The notes under the pieces were generated by a model. The model did no database searches. It was given only the letters and a program-made list of their open reading frames with translations, and was not told the origin of the DNA. A DNA stretch of 36,620 nucleotides from Rickettsiales bacterium. Lineage in GTDB: Bacteria; Pseudomonadota; Alphaproteobacteria; TMED109. Below are positions 20,267-30,303 of the stretch, piece after piece; within the stretch, counting starts at the first letter, position 1, and each line of letters begins with the position of its first letter. The DNA lies in NCBI GenBank assembly GCA_002689905.1, contig NZIN01000028.1:1-36620 (forward strand), read 5' to 3'. The translations under genes were made by a program, and so were the position numbers.

Positions 20267-20728
20267 TTATTCTGTACTATATTTCATTTTTACTTTATCT
20301 TCTGAGGATGATCCTAGCATCTTGCTTAAACCTGTTTCAAAATCAATAATTAGCTTATCACCTTTTATAATATTTTCCTCTCTTTTAAGATTAACATTAC
20401 CTTTTATTACGATTTGATTTTTATCTAAATTATAAACAGCATTGTTGCCGGTAGCAAGCTGATACCCATTAGAAAACTCTACATTTCCATAAGCTAGTAA
20501 TCTAATGATTTTTTGAGTCTCACTATTTCTATTCATAACAGCTATTATTTGGTTAGCTGTAATTATAGTATCTCCCTTTACAGCTTTTGCATTTCCTTTG
20601 GCTATAGCCTGTCCTTTCTGTTTATCCCACTCCATGGATTCTGCTATGATCTCAATCGATTTATCATCATTGCAATGCAAAAATTTAATAAATAAAAAAA
20701 CTAATATTAATATATTAAATATTCTCAT
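20267..20728 (-). CDS. lptA: LPS transport periplasmic protein LptA/OstA
   Basis: Signal-like N-terminus, IEI.A..MEW, repeated GNV beta-jellyroll units; lptC-lptA-lptB order. Confidence 0.85.
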   Translation of the reverse strand: MRIFNILILVFLFIKFLHCNDDKSIEIIAESMEWDKQKGQAIAKGNAKAVKGDTIITANQIIAVMNRNSETQKIIRLLAYGNVEFSNGYQLATGNNAVYNLDKNQIVIKGNVNLKREENIIKGDKLIIDFETGLSKMLGSSSEDKVKMKYSTE

Positions 20729-20731
20729 AGG

Positions 20732-21343
20732 CTAATTTAAAACAAGTTTTGGTTTATTAAAAAATTTTATCTTTTGGTTTTTAGTATCAAATGAAAAAGC
20801 GTTAGCTTCAATTCTTCCCCATTCTCCAAACATTTTTACGCCTTCTTCACCTAAGCCTATCCCTTCAGAAACATTATAAATCAGGTTAGTGCTTTCTAAT
20901 TTAGTGCCATTATCATAAAAAATATAAACCTTTTCTTTGGCAGATATAGTTTTTTTTAATAAGTTGAAAGAAGCATAACTTGTATTCAATAACATCCAAC
21001 TATTATTATTTAAAGTTATATCTGCTTCTACCAAATGTAAGTAAATAATATTTTTATCTGTAGTTTTTTTAAAGGATGATGCAGCTGTTATCATATAAGG
21101 CTTATTATTTTTATCATTGCCTATCAATTTAGCATTTTCTACTTTAACAACATTCTGATCTTTATAAAATTTATCACCAAGTAACTCTTTATTCAAACCC
21201 ATTTTATTTTCATTAACAAGTGAAAAGTTGAAAGTAATTAATATAGTAATAATAAAAAAAAATATGACACCAAATTTAATATATTTAAATTTATTTTTTT
21301 TTTCTATTCTAGCTGATCGGGCAATATAGTTATCTAAAAACAT
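20732..21343 (-). CDS. lptC: LPS export protein LptC
   Basis: Single N-terminal TM, G.D....PY.ITA motif, beta-rich body; between kdsD and lptA. Confidence 0.8.
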   Translation of the reverse strand: MFLDNYIARSARIEKKNKFKYIKFGVIFFFIITILITFNFSLVNENKMGLNKELLGDKFYKDQNVVKVENAKLIGNDKNNKPYMITAASSFKKTTDKNIIYLHLVEADITLNNNSWMLLNTSYASFNLLKKTISAKEKVYIFYDNGTKLESTNLIYNVSEGIGLGEEGVKMFGEWGRIEANAFSFDTKNQKIKFFNKPKLVLN

Positions 21344-22296
21344 TAGTTATTAACTCTCAGACAATCATGTAAGTGAATGATACCTAGAGGTTTTTTTCTT
21401 TTAATATTATCAACAATAAATAGTGATGTTATTTGATGATTGTTAATGATTTTAAGAGCATCACTAACATAAGTATTTTGAATTATCACCTTAGGTTTTT
21501 TGTTCATAACATCTTTTGCATTTTTTTCTAACAAGTTATTTTGCATATGCCTTCTCAAGTCACCATCTGTAATTATTCCAATTAGTGCTCGAGATTTATT
21601 TAATACACCAATACAACCAAAGTTTTTATTAGTTATCTGGACTATTACATCTTTCATATTAGCATTTTCATAGGTTAACGGCATATTATTTTTAGAGTGC
21701 ATTATATCTTGTACCTTAACAAATCTAGCTCCAATATTACCTCCTGGGTGTAAGTCACCAAACATTTTTTTCGAAAAACTTCTCTTTTCTGAAATTGATA
21801 AAGCTATAGCATCGCCTAAGGCTAACATCATAGTTGTTGATGTTGTAGGAGCGATTCCAATTTTTCCAGCTTCATTTAAATTGGGTATAAAAATATTCAT
21901 TGTAGATATTTGAGACAATTTACTTTTATTATTAGTTGAAATTAATAAAGATTTAATATTTTTCTTATTAGCATAATATAAAAGATCTAAAAGTTCTTTT
22001 GACTTTCCTGACTTAGAAAGAACCATAACAATATCTTTTTTTCTTAATGAACCTAAATCACCATGACTGGCTTCTGTAGGATGCATATAAAAAGCAGGTG
22101 TTCCTGTAGAAGTTAATGTAGAGGCAATTTTTCGAGCTATATGTCCTGACTTACCTACACCTGTTAAAATTACATGACCTTTTGTAATAAAAATTTCATT
22201 TAAAGCTTTTGTATATCTATTATCTAATGATTTAGATAATAGCGAAAGCGCCTCAGCTTCTTGATCAATTATATTTTTAGATAATTTTAAAAACAT
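21343..22296 (-). CDS. kdsD: Arabinose-5-phosphate isomerase (KdsD/KpsF/GutQ family)
   Basis: GVGKSGHI..KIASTLTSTGTPA, HP.EASHGDLG, APTTST, HPGG, C-terminal CBS pair (TDGDLRR). Confidence 0.93.
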   Translation of the reverse strand: MFLKLSKNIIDQEAEALSLLSKSLDNRYTKALNEIFITKGHVILTGVGKSGHIARKIASTLTSTGTPAFYMHPTEASHGDLGSLRKKDIVMVLSKSGKSKELLDLLYYANKKNIKSLLISTNNKSKLSQISTMNIFIPNLNEAGKIGIAPTTSTTMMLALGDAIALSISEKRSFSKKMFGDLHPGGNIGARFVKVQDIMHSKNNMPLTYENANMKDVIVQITNKNFGCIGVLNKSRALIGIITDGDLRRHMQNNLLEKNAKDVMNKKPKVIIQNTYVSDALKIINNHQITSLFIVDNIKRKKPLGIIHLHDCLRVNN

Positions 22297-22298
22297 TT

Positions 22299-22913
22299 TT
22301 AAGAATGTGAGAAAATATCTACCTTATCCCAACCGAATAGGTCTAACTTAACTCTAGTAGGTAAAAACTTTAAAATAGGTAATAGAAGATGATGCCTTTT
22401 TTCTCTTTCTAAAATTTGATCTAATTCATGTTTTATTTTGTGTAAATATAAAACATCATTTGCAGCATACTTAATTTGATTTTTGGTTAATTCTTTTCCT
22501 CCCCAATAACTACTCTGCTGTTGTTTGGATATTTCTATATTTAATAATTCTTTGCACAGCTCTCTGAGACCATGTTTGTCTGTATAGGTTCTAGCAATTT
22601 TAGAAGCTATTTTAGTACAATAAATATTTCTTGGTAATACTCCCAAATATTTTTTTATTATAGCTAGGTCAAAACGAGCAAAATGAAATATTTTTAAAAT
22701 TGACTTATTTTTCATAATTTTTTTTAAATTAGGTGCAGAATATCCTAGATCTCCTCCTAATTGAATTAAGTGAGAAGTATTATCTCCTGAAGAAAGTTGA
22801 ACAAGGCAAAGCCTATCTCTATAGTTATTCAATCCCATAGCTTCTGTGTCTATAGCAATACTATCGGTGAAATTAATATTTTCTGGTATATCTCCTTGAT
22901 GTAGGTAATTCAT
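22299..22913 (-). CDS. rnd: Ribonuclease D-like 3'-5' exonuclease (short form, no HRDC domain)
   Basis: AIDTEAMGL, RDRLCLVQL, FHFARFD, CTKIASK, YAANDV, DIFSH. Confidence 0.88.
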   Translation of the reverse strand: MNYLHQGDIPENINFTDSIAIDTEAMGLNNYRDRLCLVQLSSGDNTSHLIQLGGDLGYSAPNLKKIMKNKSILKIFHFARFDLAIIKKYLGVLPRNIYCTKIASKIARTYTDKHGLRELCKELLNIEISKQQQSSYWGGKELTKNQIKYAANDVLYLHKIKHELDQILEREKRHHLLLPILKFLPTRVKLDLFGWDKVDIFSHS

Positions 22914-23001
22914 TTTATTAAAATATATAGATTTTAAATTTTTTTATGTTAATTAATATATATATTAACATTATCAATTCTAAAAATATACCATATTGTA
23001 G

Positions 23002-23934
23002 ATGAGTGCTCAAAAAATAATTAGCGTTATAGGTGGAAATGGTTTTATAGGGAGTTATCTAGTAGATTTATTACTAGATAAGGGTTATTTTGTAAAAGTC
23101 ATATCAAGAAATCCAAAAGCTAGTAGAACTTTTTATCCTTCTGCTAAACTAGGTCAAATTAATGAGATTAGTTGTGATATAACAAATGACAAAAAATTAA
23201 GTAATGCGATTAAAGGCTCATTTAGCGTCATAAATTTAGTAGGGATACTAGAACCTAAAGGTAGAAATGATTTTGAAAGAGCACATGTTAGAGGCTCTGA
23301 AAAACTTATTGACGCATGTAATCAAAATGGAATAGATAAATTTATTCAAATTTCTGCTATAGGAGTAGAAAAAAATAAGACATCCAGGTATGCGATTACA
23401 AAATTACAAGCTGAAAATAGAGTTAAAAAACTAAAAAGGTCTATCATCATAAGACCTTCAATTGTATGTGGGGAGGAAGATAACTTTCTTAATTTCTTTG
23501 CAAAATACGCAAAATATTCTCCTATATTGCCACTCATAGGAGGAGGAAATACGAAGTTTCAACCAATACATGTATCAGATCTTGCGAATATAATTACTTT
23601 GTGCATAAACAAAGATTTTAAAAGAGGACAAATTATAGAAGTAGGAGGCCCAGATATTTTAACCTTTAAAGAAATCTTAAGCTATTTAATAGCTGAATTG
23701 AAAATTAAAAGAGTTTTATTGAATATACCATTTCCTGCTGCAAAAAAAATAGCCTATATATTGGAAAAACTTCCAATTTCTTTGATGACAAGAGATCAGG
23801 TAGAAATGTTAAAATGTGATAATATTGTAAGTAGAAATTATTCTCATAAAAAATACTTCGAATATAACCCTAATTCTTTCTATGACTTTGCTAAAAAACA
23901 ATTAAAAATCTTTACTAAAGACGGCGGGCACTAA
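23002..23934 (+). CDS. Complex I NDUFA9-family NAD(P)-dependent epimerase/SDR
   Basis: GGNGFIG, VINLVGIL, SAIG, RPS, FQPIHV.D, TRDQVEML..DNIV. Confidence 0.85.
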   Translation: MSAQKIISVIGGNGFIGSYLVDLLLDKGYFVKVISRNPKASRTFYPSAKLGQINEISCDITNDKKLSNAIKGSFSVINLVGILEPKGRNDFERAHVRGSEKLIDACNQNGIDKFIQISAIGVEKNKTSRYAITKLQAENRVKKLKRSIIIRPSIVCGEEDNFLNFFAKYAKYSPILPLIGGGNTKFQPIHVSDLANIITLCINKDFKRGQIIEVGGPDILTFKEILSYLIAELKIKRVLLNIPFPAAKKIAYILEKLPISLMTRDQVEMLKCDNIVSRNYSHKKYFEYNPNSFYDFAKKQLKIFTKDGGH

Positions 23935-24687
23935 TTAGGATATGTATATTAAAATTAATATTCCTAATAAAACTCTATAAATGCAAAAAACTTTAAATGA
24001 AAATTTTTTAACCCACTCTAGTAAAAACTTTATAGAAACTATAGCTGTTGCAAATGCAATAGATATTACTAAAAATAACTTAGTTATATTTATACTGTTA
24101 TCAATTAATACTTTATAAAAACCAAAACTGCTTGCAGCTAATAGAACAGGTATACCAGTTAGAAGAGAAAAATTAATACTGGCTAATCTATTGATACCTA
24201 AAAAACGCATAGCTGTTATAATACATCCAGAACGGCTCATACCTGGAATTAATGCAAGAATTTGAAAAAGACCTATAATTATACTTTCCTTAATTTTAAT
24301 AACCTCTCTTCTATTTGCTTTTTTGTTATTATCTGAAACGTAAAGCAAGATTCCACCTAATATGCATGCTAAAGCTATTATAAATAGATTTGAACTATAT
24401 AAGTTTAAATCTAAAAAACCTATAATGCCTCCAATAATAATAACAGGCGTACTAGCAATAGCAGCTAAAATAAGAGTAGGATTTTTTTTTAAAGAGAAAA
24501 AAAGTTTTCTATTATGAAATAAAACTGCAAGTAAAGTCCCCAGATGAGCTCCTAAAGCCAGTACTAACATGTTATCATTCCACTTAAAAACATCTTGTAT
24601 TATATATAAGTGAGCTGAGCTAGAAACAGGAAGAAACTCTGTAATTCCCTGAATAAAAGAATAAATAATTATTTTTATATTTTCCAT
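23935..24687 (-). CDS. uppP: Undecaprenyl-diphosphate phosphatase (BacA)
   Basis: QGITEFLPVSSSAHL, HLGT, ALIPGMSRSG; multiple TMs. Confidence 0.95.
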   Translation of the reverse strand: MENIKIIIYSFIQGITEFLPVSSSAHLYIIQDVFKWNDNMLVLALGAHLGTLLAVLFHNRKLFFSLKKNPTLILAAIASTPVIIIGGIIGFLDLNLYSSNLFIIALACILGGILLYVSDNNKKANRREVIKIKESIIIGLFQILALIPGMSRSGCIITAMRFLGINRLASINFSLLTGIPVLLAASSFGFYKVLIDNSINITKLFLVISIAFATAIVSIKFLLEWVKKFSFKVFCIYRVLLGILILIYIS

Positions 24688-24745
24688 GTTTTTTATTTTT
24701 TAAAAATGATATATTAGTTTTAAATATTTCGAAATAATTTTTAAA

Positions 24746-25414
24746 ATGTACAAGCTTTTTTATATGCCAATGTGCGCTGCAAGTAGAGCAGCAAAAATAA
24801 TATTATATGAAAAGAAAATAGTTTTTGATTCTATTAATGAACCAATATGGCAAAGGCGTATAGATTTTTTAAAAATTAATCCAGAAGGAGACCTTCCTGT
24901 AATAATAGATGATCAGAATATCAAAATTGTAGGTTACTTTTCTTTAGCTTACTACCTAGATGAAACTAATGTAGGTTTAAACTTGATTGGTGATAATGCT
25001 CTTGATAGATTAGAAGTAAGAAGACTATGTAGATGGTTAAGTAATAAATTTTATAAAGAAGTCATGGATAATATCGTAGAAGAAAGAGTCTTCAAGAGCC
25101 TTAAAGGATTAGGGAACCCTTCTAGTGAATGTCTTAAGGCAGGTAGAGTAAATTTAAAAAATCATGAGAATTATTTTGAATGGTTACTAAAAGACAGAAC
25201 TTTTTTAGCAGGAGAATTTTTTTCATTAGCTGATATTGTCTATTCTGCTTATATGTCTACATTAGATTACTTAAGTGAAGTAAGTTGGGAGAGAATAGGA
25301 TATACAAAAAAATGGTATGCTAAAATAAAAAGCAGACCATCATTTAAAGATATTTTGAAAGAGAAGCTTTTTACTATTCCTGCTTCAAAGCACTATCAAG
25401 ATTTAGACTTTTAA
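24746..25414 (+). CDS. fzlA: GST-fold protein, probable FtsZ-binding protein FzlA
   Basis: GST fold (NP.G.LPV, SLADI, WY..IKSRPSF), C-terminal HYQDLDF resembling the conserved FzlA tail; uppP/fzlA-queG synteny. Confidence 0.75.
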   Translation: MYKLFYMPMCAASRAAKIILYEKKIVFDSINEPIWQRRIDFLKINPEGDLPVIIDDQNIKIVGYFSLAYYLDETNVGLNLIGDNALDRLEVRRLCRWLSNKFYKEVMDNIVEERVFKSLKGLGNPSSECLKAGRVNLKNHENYFEWLLKDRTFLAGEFFSLADIVYSAYMSTLDYLSEVSWERIGYTKKWYAKIKSRPSFKDILKEKLFTIPASKHYQDLDF

Positions 25415-26538
25415 TGGAACATCATAATTTATTTAATGAAATTAAACTTAAATCACAAGAACTTGGTTTTGATGAGATAGGTGTTTCTGGTTTAGAAAAC
25501 TTTGAATTCTCTTCTAATAAGTTAAGAGAGTTCGTAAAGAAAAATTACCATGGTGATATGAGCTGGCTGAAAGATAAGCTAGATATTAGAAGCAACCCAA
25601 AAAATATATGGAATGATGCAAAAAGTGCAATAGTGTTAGGAATGAACTACGGACCCGATAATGATATTTTTGAGGATTTAAGAGAAAAATCAAAAGGGTA
25701 TATATCTGTTTATTCTAGAAGAAAAGATTATCATAAAGTTATTAAATCTAAATTAAAAATACTTGCAGCGTACATAAAAAAAATACAACCTTCAGAAATA
25801 AAAGTTTTTGTAGATACTGCTCCATTAATGGAAAAACCACTTGCCAGCTTTGCAGGGTTAGGTTGGACAGGCAAGCATACAAATCTAGTTTCAAAAGAAT
25901 TTGGATCATGGCTTTTTCTTGGTGTAGTTCTTGTGAATATAGATATAAATATCAAAAGTTATGCAACAAATAATTGTGGCTCATGTACAAAGTGTATAAA
26001 TATATGCCCAACTAAAGCTATAATTGAATCCTATATTTTAGATGCGAGAAAATGTATTTCTTATTTGACTATTGAACATAAAGATCACATTGCTAAAAAA
26101 TTTAGAAAAAAAATAGGTAATAGAATTTTTGGCTGTGATGATTGTTTGGCAATTTGCCCTTGGAATAAATTTGCAAAAAAAACTAAGGAGGTAAAACTAA
26201 CCTTTATAGAGAAATTAAGAATGCCAAACTTAAAAGATTTTTTAAAGTTTAAAGATGAAGACTATAGGTTATACTTCGCTGGTACACCAATAAGAAGGCT
26301 AGGTTATTTTAGATTTATGAGAAATGTTTTGATAGCTGTAGCAAATTCCAATGACAATAGTTTAATAAATGAAGTACTTAAAAAGCTTGATAGTGAAAAT
26401 ACATTAATAAGAGCTATGGCAATTTGGGCAATCTTTTGTTTAGATGAAAGCCAGTTTTATGTTGAACGAAATAAGAGGTTGAAATATGAAAAAGATCAGA
26501 AAGTAAGGGATGAATGGCTTAATGGAGAACAGAAATGA
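25414..26538 (+). CDS. queG: Epoxyqueuosine reductase
   Basis: YHGDM.WL, DYH, VDTAPLMEK, GW.GKH, CGSCTKC..ICPT, GCDDCLAICPWN. Confidence 0.95.
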   Translation: MEHHNLFNEIKLKSQELGFDEIGVSGLENFEFSSNKLREFVKKNYHGDMSWLKDKLDIRSNPKNIWNDAKSAIVLGMNYGPDNDIFEDLREKSKGYISVYSRRKDYHKVIKSKLKILAAYIKKIQPSEIKVFVDTAPLMEKPLASFAGLGWTGKHTNLVSKEFGSWLFLGVVLVNIDINIKSYATNNCGSCTKCINICPTKAIIESYILDARKCISYLTIEHKDHIAKKFRKKIGNRIFGCDDCLAICPWNKFAKKTKEVKLTFIEKLRMPNLKDFLKFKDEDYRLYFAGTPIRRLGYFRFMRNVLIAVANSNDNSLINEVLKKLDSENTLIRAMAIWAIFCLDESQFYVERNKRLKYEKDQKVRDEWLNGEQK

Positions 26539-27371
26539 TAGTGTGTGGAATAGGCTATGGTTACTTAACACATTTTACATTCCAAAGGTTATGTAAGCTG
26601 GGAGCAATGGGGATAGGGATAACCTCTCAAAAAAAATATAAAAATCAAATAAATAATATAATGATGTTGAATAGAAATGAAATTAAAGATTCTATCTTGT
26701 TGTCAACTCACTTATTAATAACGGCACCACCACAAAAAATAGGATGTCATGTTCTCAAAGGTTTTGATAAAAATATAGCTCGTTCAAGTATTCGATCAGT
26801 AATTTATATATCTTCTACCGGTGTTTATGGAAATCATAATGGTTCTTGGGTAACTGAAAATTCTGATCTAAGGGCAAAAAACTATTATGATAAAATTAGA
26901 ATAAAGTCAGAAAATCAGTGGAGGAGTTTTTGTAAAAAAAATAATATCACTTTAAATATAATAAGAATCGCAGGTTTTTATGGTCCAGGACGTATAAAAA
27001 TTAATTCGAAGAAAAAAATAATTATATTAGAAAAAGAAGGACATTTTTTTTCTAGAGTCCACATATTAGACGCGGCGAGAGTAATTTCTAAGATCATATT
27101 AGAAAGTAGTTCTTCTGATATATGGAATTTATCAGATGATAATCCAACAAGTAGAAAGGATTTTCTATTACATATAATGAAAATTAAAAATATAAATAAA
27201 TTTAAAGTTGTTTCTTATACTGATTTTGAAGACAATTTACCAGAAAGATCTAAAAAATTTTGGACCAATAACAAAAAAGTATCAAATAAAAAAATAAAAG
27301 AATACTTTGACTATAAATTTATTTTTCCTAGCTTTAAAAATGGTTTATTAAATCTCAAAGAATATCTTTGA
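26535..27371 (+). CDS. NAD-dependent epimerase/dehydratase (atypical SDR)
   Basis: GYGY, YISSTGVYG.H.G.WVTE, RIAGFYGPGR, FSRVH..D, NKKVSN.KIK. Confidence 0.85.
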   Translation: MIVCGIGYGYLTHFTFQRLCKLGAMGIGITSQKKYKNQINNIMMLNRNEIKDSILLSTHLLITAPPQKIGCHVLKGFDKNIARSSIRSVIYISSTGVYGNHNGSWVTENSDLRAKNYYDKIRIKSENQWRSFCKKNNITLNIIRIAGFYGPGRIKINSKKKIIILEKEGHFFSRVHILDAARVISKIILESSSSDIWNLSDDNPTSRKDFLLHIMKIKNINKFKVVSYTDFEDNLPERSKKFWTNNKKVSNKKIKEYFDYKFIFPSFKNGLLNLKEYL

Positions 27372-28131
27372 TCATAGTGTTTAAGTGTATTTCTAACAGC
27401 TCTAAATCTTTTACGCTAGACATTCTATGATCACTATTTTTAACTATAGTTAACTTTGCATTCTTTGCATCTAATTTTTCTAATATTTTTAACTGAGTGC
27501 TTAAGCTTACTGCATCATCACGACTTCCATATAACAAACTTATAATAGAGTTAGTGTTGATTTTTTTATCTAATATAAAAAATTTTTTTGTGTCTTCTAT
27601 AAACTTATTCGTGAAAATAAAATTTTCTTCAGAGTAATCACTACCTAATGAGATGTATTTATTTTTTTTATATTCTTTTTTTTCTTTTCTAGATAAATCT
27701 TTAATTATATTTTTTGTAAAGTCGGGAGCAGCTCCTATACCTATTACTCCCTTAATTTTTTTATTAGTTTTTTTAGATATTGATAAACCAATCCATCCAC
27801 CCAATGAAGAACCAACTATAATTGTAGGGTAATTAAGTTTATGTTTAATAAAATATTTTGCTTCTTCTATCCATGAGCTTAATAGTTGATCTTTAATTAC
27901 GCCTTCTGAAAGTCCATGACCAGAATAGTCAAACTTTAAATATTCAAAGCCTATTTTTTTACTTAAGTTTTCAAGGTAAGTGGCTTTATTGCCTTGCATA
28001 TCAGAATTATAGCCTGCAAGAAATATTACAGATACTTTTGGTCCATTGTGTTTTCTTTTACGAGCATAGTAATAAACTTTTAATCCATTAATTTGAACAA
28101 TTTTATAGCTTTTTTTTATCTGATTGTTCAT
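27355..28131 (-). CDS. Alpha/beta hydrolase (ABHD10-like)
   Basis: FL.GY.SDM.G.KA, FDYSGHG.S, GSSLGG nucleophile elbow, APDFT, DHRMS. Confidence 0.88.
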   Translation of the reverse strand: MNNQIKKSYKIVQINGLKVYYYARKRKHNGPKVSVIFLAGYNSDMQGNKATYLENLSKKIGFEYLKFDYSGHGLSEGVIKDQLLSSWIEEAKYFIKHKLNYPTIIVGSSLGGWIGLSISKKTNKKIKGVIGIGAAPDFTKNIIKDLSRKEKKEYKKNKYISLGSDYSEENFIFTNKFIEDTKKFFILDKKINTNSIISLLYGSRDDAVSLSTQLKILEKLDAKNAKLTIVKNSDHRMSSVKDLELLEIHLNTMIKDIL

Positions 28132-28150
28132 ATTAGTAGTTGGATTTTAA

Positions 28151-29317
28151 ATGATTAAATTAAATAAAAAAAATACTAAACAAATTTCAGTATTGCAAGT
28201 ACTACCTCATTTAAATTCAGGAGGTCTCGTATCAGGAGCTGTAGAAGTATCAAAAGCATTGTCTAGGAGCAATATCAAAAATATAGTAGTTTCTTCTGGA
28301 GGTTATAGAGAAAATGAAGTAATAAGAGAGAATGGTATCATAGAAAAATTACCTGTGCATAGTAAGAATGTCTTCAGAATTTTTAATAATAAAAAAAAGC
28401 TTATAGAGCTTATAAAAAAATATGATATAAATATTATCCACGCCAGGTCAAGAGCTCCGGCTTGGTCAGCATATTGGGCAGCTAGAGAGTTAAAAATTCC
28501 TTTTGTCACAACATTTCATGGTACATATGGGATAGAGAGTTTAATAAAAAAAAAATATAATTGTGTGATGCTTAAAAGTAATGCAGTTATAGCTATATCA
28601 AAATTTATTGAAAAGCATATAAAAGATAAATACAAATTTAAAGGAAAAATTCATACTATTTCTAGAGGCGTGAATACCGAAATTTTCTCTCCTGAAAAAG
28701 TGTCCTCTGCTAGATTAATTAATGCAGCAAAAAAAATTAAAACAGAAGGTAATGATAAAATTATATTATTACCAGGACGATTAACTGATTGGAAAGGTCA
28801 TCGCTTAGCAATTAAAGCAGTAGCAAAGCTGAGCTTTAACGACTTTAAGTTAGTAATAATTGGAGATAGTCAGGGTAGAACAAGATATAAAAATTCGTTA
28901 ATAGAACTGAGCTCAAGTCTAAATTTGCACAATAGAGTTATTTTTTTAGAACATACCAGGGACCTGCCGGCCTACATGATGCTTTCAGACTTAGTGCTTT
29001 CCTGCTCTATAAAACCAGAAGCATTTGGTAGGACTACATTAGAAGCTCAGGCTATGGGCAGACCTTTAGTAGCTTTTAATCATGGAGGGTCTATTGAATT
29101 AATTAAAAATAATGAAAATGGTATTTTATCTGAGGTAGCAAATATAGAGAAATTAGCTATTAATATTGAAAAAGGATTAAATTTAAGTATTAGAGAAAGG
29201 AAAAAATTAGCTAAAAAGAGTATAGTTAATGTACAAGAGAAATACCGAACTGAATTTATGTGTAAAAAAACTATTAATGTATATAAAAATATATTAAATA
29301 CTTTTGCTAGTTCGTGA
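28151..29317 (+). CDS. Glycosyltransferase family 4
   Basis: LQVLP.L.SGG, HARSRAPAW, TTFHG, PGRLT.WKG, PEAFGR...EAQAMG. Confidence 0.92.
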   Translation: MIKLNKKNTKQISVLQVLPHLNSGGLVSGAVEVSKALSRSNIKNIVVSSGGYRENEVIRENGIIEKLPVHSKNVFRIFNNKKKLIELIKKYDINIIHARSRAPAWSAYWAARELKIPFVTTFHGTYGIESLIKKKYNCVMLKSNAVIAISKFIEKHIKDKYKFKGKIHTISRGVNTEIFSPEKVSSARLINAAKKIKTEGNDKIILLPGRLTDWKGHRLAIKAVAKLSFNDFKLVIIGDSQGRTRYKNSLIELSSSLNLHNRVIFLEHTRDLPAYMMLSDLVLSCSIKPEAFGRTTLEAQAMGRPLVAFNHGGSIELIKNNENGILSEVANIEKLAINIEKGLNLSIRERKKLAKKSIVNVQEKYRTEFMCKKTINVYKNILNTFASS

Positions 29318-30255
29318 AAAAAATACTAATAATTAAACATGGAGCTCTGGGGGATGTTATTCTTTCTATGTATGCAATATTTTCAATTTCACAATATTTT
29401 AAGGGTTACCACATTTCAATTTTAACGGAATCTAAATATGAAGATATATTTAATAAATTACCTTTTATTAAAGATATAAGAATAGATAATCGAAAAAAAA
29501 TTTATTCATTTATTCATTATTTGGGATTAATTAATTGGTTTTATAAAGAGAGTTTTGAATGGGTCTTTGATTTACAAACTTCTAAAAGAACTAAACTTTA
29601 TTTTTTAATTTTTACGTTGTTTAGAAAATGTAATTGGAACGGTATATCTAAAAATTGTTCTCACCCACATTTAAACCTTGAAAGAAAGTATCTTCACACT
29701 GTAGAAAGGCAAAAGCAACAATTAAAATGTGCGGGTTTACATGAATCCAGGAAACCTGATTGGAATTTATTTAAAAAGGTAAATAAAAAATTTAAATACT
29801 CTAAACCTTATGTAATTTTAGTTCCAGGAGGTTCTAAACATAGAGAAAACAAAAGGTGGTGTTACGATAATTTTTTACTAATCGTTTCCCACTTAAGAAA
29901 AAAAAATATTCAAGTGCTTTTTATTGGAGGTAGTGATGAAAAAAAAATTTTAAAAAATTACAAGAAAAAAAAAGGAGTAATAAACTTAATAGGAAAAACC
30001 AATTTTACTGATCTAGCATATTTATCTGATAAAGCGAGCATGATTATAGGAAATGATACAGGGCCTATGCATATTTTGGTAGCATGTAGCAATAAAAAAA
30101 CAAAAAAAATAATTTTATTTGGAGAAGCATCAGACCCAAATCTTTGTGCGCCAATAGGAGAAAATGTTAAAATTATAAGAAAGAAAAATATAAACGATAT
30201 CAAACCGAAATTAATAATAGATTTAATAAATGAAAATAACTATAGTAAACTTTAA
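29314..30255 (+). CDS. Glycosyltransferase family 9 (LPS heptosyltransferase-like)
   Basis: ILIIKHGALGD, DLQTS, PGGS..R..KRW, GNDTGPMH. Confidence 0.9.
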   Translation: MKKILIIKHGALGDVILSMYAIFSISQYFKGYHISILTESKYEDIFNKLPFIKDIRIDNRKKIYSFIHYLGLINWFYKESFEWVFDLQTSKRTKLYFLIFTLFRKCNWNGISKNCSHPHLNLERKYLHTVERQKQQLKCAGLHESRKPDWNLFKKVNKKFKYSKPYVILVPGGSKHRENKRWCYDNFLLIVSHLRKKNIQVLFIGGSDEKKILKNYKKKKGVINLIGKTNFTDLAYLSDKASMIIGNDTGPMHILVACSNKKTKKIILFGEASDPNLCAPIGENVKIIRKKNINDIKPKLIIDLINENNYSKL

Positions 30256-30288
30256 TTATTTTAGTTATAAATTGTATATTAATAAGTC

Positions 30289-30297
30289 TAAGGAGGT
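30289..30297 (+). promoter_or_regulatory. Strong Shine-Dalgarno sequence for infC
   Basis: TAAGGAGGT, 6 nt upstream of in-frame ATA 30304. Confidence 0.85.
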
Positions 30298-30303
30298 AAT
30301 GTT

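Noticed and set aside
19004-25955. ORFs 19004-19186, 20107-20349, 20513-20695, 23346-23537 and 25731-25955
   Set aside because: Short antisense shadows of well-supported genes
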